DNA of 64,000 nucleotides from an uncultured Verrucomicrobiae bacterium (GTDB taxonomy: Bacteria; Verrucomicrobiota; Verrucomicrobiia; Chthoniobacterales; Terrimicrobiaceae), in the NCBI GenBank assembly GCA_963706955.1, contig CAVPOC010000008.1, positions 1,044,293 to 1,108,292 of the forward strand. The letters are read 5' to 3'. Positions 55,031-64,000 of the stretch are shown here, piece after piece. The translations under genes were made by a program, and so were the position numbers. The notes below the pieces were generated by a model. The model saw nothing but the letters and a program-made list of their open reading frames with translations. It had not been told where the DNA came from and ran no database searches. Each line of letters starts with the position of its first letter. Positions within the stretch are counted from its first letter, which is position 1.

Positions 55031-56181
55031 ATGTCCTGCGTTTGGAAACCGCCGAAGAGCCGATTCTGGATCGCGCAGTTTACCGATCACACTGGTACAC
55101 GACGCAATCGGAGCACGAAGACAACCGACCGTCGGAAGGCAGAGAAGCTAGCCGAGCATTACGAAGAGGCATACGCGAGAAAGCGCACCGCCCGGCAGAT
55201 CCGAGAAGTGATCTCCAGCGCCCACAAAGAAATTACCGGTGAGCAACTGGTCAACAAATCGTTTCGCTCTTTTTCGAAGTCATGGCTTGCGGCAAAGCGG
55301 AATGAAGTAGCGGAGGCGACATTAAAGTTCTACTCGAAGGCAGTGGATAAATTCCTCGCTCACCTTGGCACGCTAGCCGATGCGGACTTGAGCGAAATTA
55401 CCCGTGAACACATTTTGGACTTTCGCAATCGCGAGGCGGAGACGTTCGCACCGAAAACGGTAAACCACGATCTGAAAGCGGTGAAAATGCTCTTCCGATC
55501 CGCAAAGCGGGACGGATTGATTGCTGATAATCCGGCCGAGGATGTCAAAACTGTCAGCCAACGGGGAGAGAAGCGGACTGGCGTCCTTTCTCCATGGATG
55601 AGCTTCGCGCCGTTCTCTCCGTAGCAGATGAGGAATGGAAGAGCATGATTCTTTTCGGCCTCTACAGCGGGGCGCGCCTTTTTGATGTGGCAACGCTGAC
55701 GTGGCAAAATGTGGACCTTCCCGCCAAGGAATTGCGCTTCATCGCCAGAAAAACGGGCAAGACGATCATCGTTCCCCTGGACGGGCCGCTGGCCGCGCAC
55801 GTCGAAGCGCTGCCTGCCGCCGATTCCGTTAACGCCCCGCTGCATCCCCGTGCCTTTGGCATTGTGGAAAGGCAGCGAAAAACGGGCCATCTTTCAAATC
55901 AGTTTGCGGATTTGCTCGCGCAGGCCGGACTAAAGGAGAAGCAGCCACACCGCAAAACGCTTCGCAGGGAACACGGGCGATGCCGCGCGCAGGCCGACAT
56001 CTCGTTCCACAGTTTGCGGCATACCGCCGTCACCTTACTGAAGGAAGCCGGAATCCCCCAGGCGGTCGTCATGGAGCTTGTTGGCCACAACAACCAGGAA
56101 ATGAGCCAGCATTATACTCGCGTAGGCCGTATGGCCCTGGAAGGTGCGGCAAGAGCATTTCATGACCTTCTGGCTCGTTAA
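55031..56181 (+). CDS. Tyrosine recombinase/integrase (indel near 55585)
   Basis: YSGARLFD, SFHSLRHT, LVGH and HYTR; paralogous to 12628-13750. Confidence 0.92.
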
Positions 56182-56545
56182 CCGGCTCTCCGGAGGAGGA
56201 GGGGCCGCTGCGTTTCCAGAACTCGGCCCGAAATTGAATCGGCGGAGACTGTGGCCTTCTGGCCAATTCTGCGCAATCATCGTGGGGTTCTCTGGCAATG
56301 CGGGCGCTGATCGTAGGGCACTCGGAAAAGGGGCGCGCTAAAACCGCAAGACCCTTCACGCGCTTAGGCACCTTCTGCTGTTCTTTGCCGCTTGCGGAAT
56401 CCGTCCAGCCGCTCGCGGATTTGCTCCTCAGTGTATCCTTTGACTCTCATCATTGCTTAGCACATCTTAGTACGTCTAGCAAAGGCCGACAGGGTGGTGC
56501 TGGCCAGATTTTGGCTTTTCCCAAGCGTGTCCAATAATCATTCTA

Positions 56546-56574
56546 TTGACAGGCACGTGGGCTTAAACTAATCT
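56546..56574 (+). promoter_or_regulatory. Sigma70-like promoter of the xis/replication operon
   Basis: TTGACA-N17-TAATCT. Confidence 0.6.
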
Positions 56575-56894
56575 CACTACCGACATAGGAAGACACCTTC
56601 AGTAGGGTCCTCGAGAAATGATTGGGCACCTCTACCAAGTAGAACCCAAACAAACGCGAGACATCCTTTTCAAGACTGAAACCTTCTTAGCCAAAACTCA
56701 ACCTGACTGATCTCAGCGCCGCGAGCGCGAGACACCCATCCGCCGGTTGAGAAACCTCAAGACCTGACTGACCTCGTGCTTCCGAGTGCGAGGCGCTCAT
56801 GGACGGCTGAAGAACCGATAACCCGAAAGAAAAGGAGGATTCTTATGTCCCGAAGGACTCTGTTGCGCACAGATTAGCGCGCGAAATTAAGCCT

Positions 56895-57089
56895 ATGTGG
56901 CTTCGCCTGCCGGTGGCCGTGAAGCAAACCGGCATTTGCCAGGCGAAGCTATACCAGTGGATCAAGGACGGGCGAATCCGTTCGGCACACATTCGTGAAC
57001 CCGATAAAACCAGGGGAATCCGTGTCATCGATGCGGAGAGCCTCAACGAATTCATCGAAAGCATGGCGGGAGGAGGTGCGAGCACGTGA
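56895..57089 (+). CDS. Excisionase-like HTH protein
   Basis: WLRLP...KLYQWIKDGRIRS...RGIRVIDAESL. Confidence 0.8.
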   Translation: MWLRLPVAVKQTGICQAKLYQWIKDGRIRSAHIREPDKTRGIRVIDAESLNEFIESMAGGGAST

Positions 57090-57408
57090 CTACGCCGACG
57101 CACACTACCGCACCAATCCCAGCAGCCAACTACACGCCGCTCAGTAAAGACCAAATCGCCGCTCCATTGGACTTGGCCCAGCGTACTACCTCACCAATCA
57201 AAATAGCCAGCGGCGCTTTTGTTCCTCGAGTGGACGGACCACAAAGGAGCCCGTGTACCTCTTTGGCTTCTCTAGGTCGCATCTGTACCAGCTCCTAGCG
57301 GAGGGAAAGATTCGTTCGACCTGTGTTAGACGCAGAGGAGCACTTCGAGGTCGGCGTCTTTTTTGCTGCGAATCGATCCGGGCATTGCTCAACAAGCATG
57401 CAGAGTGA
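57086..57408 (+). CDS. Second excisionase-like HTH protein, frameshifted
   Basis: EWTDHKG...SRSHLYQLLAEGKIRSTCVRRRGALRGRRLF across frames. Confidence 0.65.
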
Positions 57409-58004
57409 GGAGAGAGGAACAATGATCCCCGAAAAACCGGACCCTTGTTCGCATTCTTCACGCGATGTCGATAGCAGCTCACCGGCATAACCGGAAGCGG
57501 CGTCGAGAAAAGAGGACGCAGTGAGAGCCTTTCGTCGAACCCATCGACATCGCTACCGCTCCAGCAAACAGGGCGTCCTCCGCATTATAGCCAAGCGCCA
57601 TCGGCTGAGTAAGAAGTCGCCCTTTGGGATATTACCTACGACCACGTCTGCCGCGCCAAGCTTACCCAAGAAGACCTCGAGGAATACCAGTGGCTAATCC
57701 TTAGAGCGCTTTCGGCGCTGTCTGCGGAGATTGGAATTTCGTTCACCGCAGGGGTGCCAGGGCCGGATGGCTCGACCGGTTTCCTTTGGCTTTTTCGTCC
57801 TGGCCGAGAGCCGCGGCAAACAAACGACCGCGAACCTCCTCCCGGCGAGACTTCAGTGTCCTTTCTCGTGAAGGAGGAATCTTAAGTGACCCGCGCCGCG
57901 AAGCCCCACCTCCACCGCGTTGCTCAATTGGCTGACCGGCTTTTGGCCAATGCGGTCACCGGGCTCGAATACGATACGGACAACCCGATCGGAGGCAACG
58001 CCTG

Positions 58005-59054
58005 ATGAGTGACTTCCCTGCTGCCGGCGATTGGCGCGATACAATCATATCCATCGTGGAGAACGCGAAAGACGTCAACACGATAGACATCCCCATCGGC
58101 CGCGTCCTCTGATTATATTCGCGACGGGCGCTGGAACGCCCCTGTGACTAAAATTCGAAAAGTGTATGCTGACAGCCTTGAGAGAGCAGAAAGGAACGGC
58201 AGCCTTCAGCCGCACAGGGTGGCCAAGGACGCCATTGCCGGGTTCAAGAAGAAACTCCCCGGATTCACGGTAAGTGGTCAGTTCAAAAAACGGGCCGCCT
58301 CGGATTTGATCGTTCATTCGGGGATATTTTGCGTCGACATGGACTTGGTGTCTCCTGAAGAACAACCCGGCCTGATCGAACGCCTCAAGGAGGACCCCCA
58401 TGTCCAGGTAGTATTTGTTTCCCCATCGGGGTGGGGACTCAAAGTGCTGGTTTCAATTCAGCCCGACCCGCATACGTCGCAAAGATGTCGGCAGCCATCT
58501 CCGGAGCCGGCGGACATGGCACCACTTTTGCCGTTGCCCTGGTGCTACGGTACGGCTTCGCCCTGACCGAAGAGGAAGCCTGGCCGGTCTTGCTCGAATA
58601 CAACAGGCGATGCAGGCCACCATGGAGCGAGAAGGAGCTTCGTCACAAACTCAAAGATGCCGCCAAGGAGGGCAGGCAGCCCCTCCCTCGTGGCTATCTT
58701 CTTGGCGCAACTTTCCCACATCATGAACAAGCGCCAAAACATCACTACGGCGCATCGAAGTTCGTGCGGGTGGATACACACGAGCCATTGCGAGGCGGGT
58801 CAGTTGATCCTAATTTGCACGACACTATCCCGTCGGCCCCGCCGAACGAAGACCAGCGCGATCGCGAATCGGTATTGATCGGGCGTGATTCCGCGGGGCC
58901 AGTCATAGACCCCGCCCCAAGCGTGGTAAACCGTGGTACGACGCAAGAACCAACCAATCATCCTCTAAATCGTCCAAGCGCCGCTCAGCCGTTAGGCGCC
59001 AGTGCCGGTCGGGGAGATTCCGAGACCACGCAACCGCCACAACGACGTGTGTAG
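58005..59054 (+). CDS. Primase-like protein (BT4734/VirE-N type plus helical primase C-terminal-like domain), frameshifted
   Basis: KKKLPGFTVSGQF, HSGIFCVDMD, FVSPSGWGLK; then AISGAGGHGTTF...CRPPWSEKELRHK. Confidence 0.7.
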
Positions 59055-59245
59055 GCCAAGCTCGGGCGCTGGTAGCGCAGAAACGCCAAACGGCGAATCC
59101 GGTGTCAGAGAGGAAAACTATCCGCCGATCCGCCCCAAAACCAGACAAAACGTAGAGAGCTCCCAACATTCGACATCCTGGAAGGTAGACGGCGAGGCGG
59201 ACCGTCGGGTTGCGGCCGTCCTTGAGCATGAGCGCCAGACTGGCG

Positions 59246-59279
<34 letters not shown>

Positions 59280-59300
59280 CCGCTTGATGGGCATCAACCT

Positions 59301-61446
59301 GTGGACATCTCCTCCTTATACTCCAACGCCGTTCTTTTTGGGCGCGATCCTGCTCCCGGAATTGTCGCTGTTGAGGCGGCCGGCCATGATGTTGTTGAAT
59401 ACGTCCGAGGCTCGAACGGCATAACCAATACCTGCAATCTTCGGTTTCAACCATTCATGTGGGAACGCAACGGCGACTCTCTCGAGCCGCGGACCTTCGA
59501 TAGCTGGAACGCCATGAGGTCGGTATACAATCGCTCGCGGCATCAATGCGTCTGGAATCCCGTGCAGCAATACCTGATGGCCAGCGGACGGACCCTCTTT
59601 AAGAATATGAAATTCGGAGATCTCCGGCGGTTGCAGCTCGACATCAAGACCGACTGTCGGGCCGAATATGAGTTTCCCAACCCGTCTCGAGACCGGATCC
59701 TAGCTGTTGCGACAAGCGATTCTTCAGGCCGGGAAGCGGTGCTTGTCTTGGAAGAAGACGCAGACAGCTCCGAAGCGTCGTTGTTGGAGCGTCTGACCAT
59801 GACAATTCTCGAGTTTGATCCTGACGTCATCGAGGGTCACAACGTCCTTGATTTCGCCCTGGACTACATACTCAAGCGTGCCGGCCTGCTTGGACTTTCC
59901 CTTCCGTGGGGCCGTGACGGATCTCGCCTCCGTCGTGGAACGGATTGTTCCGGAAATCCTCGCACCGTTAAAATGAACATCGGCGGCAAACCGGTTGACG
60001 TTCCTGGCTTCCGAAATCCACGGCCGTCACATTGCCGACACGCTTTTGATGGCGAGGCTATACGACGTCGCTGAGCGACGGCTCACCGATTACGATCTTA
60101 AGTCGATCGCGGCTGCGCTGGGCGTAAGGGCTCCCGACCGGGTGCTTCTTCACGCCGGTGACATTCAACGGGCATACCGGGAGGACCGCGAAAGCTTCAT
60201 CGCATACGCGCTAGGCGAGGTCCGCGAGACCCGGGCGGTTGCGGCTATCCTAAGCCAGAGCACCTTTATTCAGGCGATGATATTCCCGATGGCATATCAG
60301 GACGTCATCACCGCTGGGCCGGCATCGAAGATCAACAGCCTGATATTGCGCGAATACCTGCACAATGAGGTTCCGATTCCGAAGCCGCCGCCGCGGCGCG
60401 ACTTGCGCGGGGCGCTTTGTGAGCTTCATGTTCGAGGTATCGTTAAGGACGTGTGGCACGCGGACGTTAGCTCTCTCTACCCATCTACGATGCTTGCGTT
60501 CGATTGCCTCCCGTCGTCTGACAGCCTGGGAGTCGTAGGGCGCGCGTTGACCGATCTTCGCAATTACAGGCTCGCGTGCAAGCGGGCCGTCGATCACGCC
60601 GATGACGCTCAAACCGTGATCCCGCTCAAGGCCCTTCAAGCGGCATTCAAGATTATCATCACCTCGATGTATGGCTATCTATCATGTGAAGGAATGAACT
60701 TTGCCGACCCGAGAGCCGCCGAGATGGTAACAGCTATCGGGCGCAACATCATCACACGGATGCGGGATTGGATTGCTTCTCATGGCGCAAACGTGATTGA
60801 GCTGGACACGGACGGTCTTTATTTCTCCAAGCCGCCTGATGTCACCATCGCTGAGCTCAAGCGGGGGTTGACCGACGCGCTCCCGCGTGCCATCGAAGTT
60901 GAGTTCGCTCGTTACAACTCGATGTTTTCCTACGAGATGAAGAATCACGCTCTCCAAGATGGCGACGGTCGTGTCATCATCAAGGGATCGGCCCTGCGCT
61001 CTCGCTCGCGAGAGCCGTACCTCTCGATTTACCAGGGAGCGGTTCTGTCTATGATGCTACGCGACGGGGCGGCCGAGATACCGGCTTTGTTCGATTCCGC
61101 GGTTAAGGCTGTGCGCAGCCGATCAATACCGCTGGCCAAGCTGACGAGGAGCGAAGAGGTGAGCGAATCGGTCGATGAATATCGGCGCAGAGTCGAAGCC
61201 GGCGAGCGATCAAGGTCGCCATCATACGAAGCTGTAATCGCCAGCGGGAGAGCGTTCCAACGTGGCGACCGCGTGTCGTTCTACATCCGCCGGCGCATCG
61301 ACGGCGAGAAGAAACGGGATCCGCTTTACAAACGAGCGAAGCTCGCCAACCCGGGCGATGGCGTGCGTGACGAGGATGTCGAGTTTTACATCGAGAAGCT
61401 TGAGGACGTTGCCGCGCAGTTCGACGAGTTTGCACCGCGAAACTAA
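59301..61446 (+). CDS. Family B DNA polymerase (indel near 60010), degenerate exonuclease motifs
   Basis: Motif A DVSSLYPS, motif B KIIITSMYGY, motif C DTDG; Exo motifs read DIKT, NVLDFA and YALGE. Confidence 0.9.
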
Positions 61447-61767
61447 AAACATGAACCACGACGACCCCAACACATCGTTGCCGCCGGCCGGCTGCGTGAC
61501 CATACTGACCGTCCGGATGTCTGATCCACACGATCCACTAGCCGACGCTGTGTCGCTCGGTCACCGCGAGCCACCGCTCGCAGGTTGCACGTCGCCGGGT
61601 TCCCCACCTTGCACCCTGCGACTAATCGCGCCGTCTTGACCCAATTCCTGCCAAATCATCCCCTAAATCCAGGTCGGTGTTCTCGCTCGGTCGTTACAGC
61701 CCAACTCGATCGATCTCGTTCGGATGCCTGATACCGTCCGCGGCATCGGCTCCAACCGCATCGAACT

Positions 61768-63432
61768 TTAGCGGATGATCCTTACGTTGCGCCTCGGCGG
61801 CCCGAAGAAGCGGTCCAGGATGGACTCCTCCTCGCCCCGGTGGACAGATTCGCCCCGGAACCCGGTTTTGACCGTCACTCCGCGGTAAGGTCTCCGACTC
61901 CCGCCGCTCCCGGCGGCTCCCCGAAGCATGTTCGCCGCCTCGCATTCCGCGATCAACCTAAGACCGTCAGCTGCATGGGAACTCCAATCGTGGCAGGGTT
62001 CGTCGCGTGCGATGCCCGTCGATATCTCGCGGACCGTGCGGTAGTTGCTCAAGGCCTCCAGCCCCCGCTCGCATTGAGGAATGCGGAAGCTGAACCTTGG
62101 CAACATCTGGCGCAGTCGGTTGACGCCCACCCAGATGTCGTGTGTGCGCGGCACGGCCCTCAGGCTGGTCAGCCCCGCTTCCTTAAGCTCGTTAAGGAAC
62201 GTGCGCCCGCTCTTCTGCGTTTGCATCGCGTCATGCGGCAAGAAGTGGCTGCCATAGAGATAGCCTTTGCCCAGCATCCGGGCCACGCGTTCAACCGGCG
62301 GGATGTCCAGGTCCAGATCGCAATCAATCACACGGATCTCTCCGATCGGGCCAAGTTGAAAATACCACACCGCCGTATTGACGGGGCTGCCCAGATCCCA
62401 CGTCGTGTGCACCAGCGCGGAGTGGTCGACGATCCAAGGCTTGATCGCCCCTTCCACGCGCAACTTGTCGATCGCCGCAGCGTAGATCGCGCCCTCGACC
62501 GGAGCCTGGAAGCACTCCTCCATCACGGTCGGGAATTCCCTTAAGACGAACATCCCCAACTCGGCGCGTTTGCGCTGATACCAACTCATTTGGCCAGATG
62601 AAAAATCACCCACCGAGGTGGGCAACCCGGCGAAATACCGAGCGGTCTCCTCGCCAACCTGGCGCGGAACCGCGTCCTTGTAGCTCGGGTCATGTTGCCA
62701 AGGGAAGAAAACAACCCGCCAGTCGAGCGGTCCCTTCTGCTCCTCCGGCGTTTCCAGCGCGGACTTGACCAAACTCCACAAATGCCCGTTGCGCCCGCCT
62801 TTCCATGTCGTCTCCACGACGCACACGCCGTCGCCGACCGATGGCAGAGCGCCCGTGAGAATCTCCTCGCTGCGGGCAAGGTCGCTCGACTGGATGACGC
62901 CCCACTCGCTGATCCACAAAAAGCTGTTCGCCCCGCCGCGGGCGTGCGTTCCCGCGAACATCGCGTTGGTCTTCGCTTCCTCGTGGCGGACGAATTTCAC
63001 CGCCAGTTCCCCCGTGTTCGAGCGCGTGATGGGCAGCTCACGCTTGAGCGCCGGGTCGAGCGAGTCATAGGCCACCATTACGATATCGCGAAGCTTCTGC
63101 CGGGCGTCCTCGATTGTCTGATCTATCAGCGAAATTTGCTGCCCCAACCCGAAGCAAAGCCGGTCCGCGCAAATGACGCCCAAACACGTGCTGATGCCAA
63201 GCTGCTTGGCCTTCAGGATGATGATCCGCCTGCACCCTTGCCGGTAGATCAGATCGATGATCTGAGCCTGCTGCGGGCGCGGCGCAAACTTGATTACCGA
63301 CCCGTCGCGGGTGCGGATCGAGTAGAGCCGCTCCAGCCGCCAGATGGGGTCGCGGAACGCCTCCAGCGCCCGCCGCGTGTCAATGCCTGCCGCCGCTTGC
63401 GGGACTGCTTGTTTCCTGGCTTCGCTCACCAT
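61768..63432 (-). CDS. Phage terminase large subunit
   Basis: IIILKAKQLGIST Walker A, WISEWG Walker B, VETT; nuclease TWDLG and HAADGLR. Confidence 0.88.
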   Translation of the reverse strand: MVSEARKQAVPQAAAGIDTRRALEAFRDPIWRLERLYSIRTRDGSVIKFAPRPQQAQIIDLIYRQGCRRIIILKAKQLGISTCLGVICADRLCFGLGQQISLIDQTIEDARQKLRDIVMVAYDSLDPALKRELPITRSNTGELAVKFVRHEEAKTNAMFAGTHARGGANSFLWISEWGVIQSSDLARSEEILTGALPSVGDGVCVVETTWKGGRNGHLWSLVKSALETPEEQKGPLDWRVVFFPWQHDPSYKDAVPRQVGEETARYFAGLPTSVGDFSSGQMSWYQRKRAELGMFVLREFPTVMEECFQAPVEGAIYAAAIDKLRVEGAIKPWIVDHSALVHTTWDLGSPVNTAVWYFQLGPIGEIRVIDCDLDLDIPPVERVARMLGKGYLYGSHFLPHDAMQTQKSGRTFLNELKEAGLTSLRAVPRTHDIWVGVNRLRQMLPRFSFRIPQCERGLEALSNYRTVREISTGIARDEPCHDWSSHAADGLRLIAECEAANMLRGAAGSGGSRRPYRGVTVKTGFRGESVHRGEEESILDRFFGPPRRNVRIIR

Positions 63433-63913
63433 TGCTGCTGCCTCCATTAATGCCGCCGCCCAGCGTCCCCCCGCCCGCGAAGAGTCCGCCAAGGAAGGCG
63501 GCCAGCTCGGTTCCCGCCTCCAGCCTCACCTCGGTGGGACGGTCCCAGCCAACCAGCTTGGAGAGCTGCGCCCCGACCGCCAGCTTCTGCGGGAACACCG
63601 CGTGCTTCTGGCCCCGCGTGATCAGCGCGTCGCACCTCGGGTTGTCCATCGAGGCGTCGCCCGGCTTGGCCTCATACATCTCCACCAGCGACCGGATGTA
63701 AGCCTCGCGTGAAAGCGCACACCGCGCCGAAGACTCCGCTTTCAACTCCTCAATGCGCTCGCGCACTCCAGGCCGCTTCATCCAGTTGGCCGCATTGCCA
63801 TCTGCCTGCTTGCCCGAATATTCAGCCGCCTGACGATATGCGTCGGCCCCCGACAACCCGCTTGCAACGCATTGGGCAAACTTTTCATGCCGGACATTCT
63901 TGAGGGAAGCCAT
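63380..63913 (-). CDS. Phage terminase small subunit-like protein
   Basis: RHEKFAQ...ADAYRQA...VRERIEEL HTH directly upstream of TerL. Confidence 0.75.
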   Translation of the reverse strand: MASLKNVRHEKFAQCVASGLSGADAYRQAAEYSGKQADGNAANWMKRPGVRERIEELKAESSARCALSREAYIRSLVEMYEAKPGDASMDNPRCDALITRGQKHAVFPQKLAVGAQLSKLVGWDRPTEVRLEAGTELAAFLGGLFAGGGTLGGGINGGSSNGERSQETSSPASGGRH

Positions 63914-64000
63914 GAGTGTAAAGATGACGTGATCCGTCGCATACTGCAAGCAGCTTGCAAATACTGGCTGTTACGAGGGTACTTATTGCAATAATTTACT

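Noticed and set aside
59301..61446. Pipolin or casposon assignment for element 2
   Set aside because: The PolB looks like a primer-dependent cellular type and sits with a primase and terminases; no Cas1 is seen.

Overview
The window appears to be a soil-type bacterial chromosome segment. The Sdh, CCA, LMF and integrase types suggest Verrucomicrobia, but that is an inference. Single-base indels are frequent, even in sdhA, so most split ORFs are probably read or assembly errors. Contents in order: (1) a nitroreductase and a sugar-utilisation cluster (ABC transporter, Gfo/Idh/MocA, sugar-phosphate isomerase, two tandem AraC paralogues, GH3). (2) An ~11.6 kb integrative element (12488-24073) bounded by an 11-bp direct repeat that contains the GH3 start codon. 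It encodes a tyrosine integrase, a lambda gpE-type capsid plus decoration protein, a primase-like gene, an AAA ATPase, an iteron-like origin and an Xis-like protein, with no recognisable portal, terminase or tail. (3) Core genes: SPFH pair, CCA enzyme, sdhCAB with an inverted-repeat-flanked four-helix-bundle gene between sdhA and sdhB, LMF, gluQ, GH13, antiporter and others. (4) An accessory stretch with an orphan TIR-STING (Cap12-like) gene next to an S1/P1 nuclease and no CD-NTase, a gluABCD-type transporter, and recombinase debris. (5) A second phage-like element starting at a tmRNA-like 3' fragment (54883) and running off the window, with integrase, two Xis-like genes, primase, an (AGT)11 tract, a family-B DNA polymerase with all three proofreading motifs mutated, and large and small terminases. 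The best novelty candidates are the cyclase-less TIR-STING + S1/P1 pair, the exonuclease-dead PolB element, and the capsid-only satellite inserted at a start codon.
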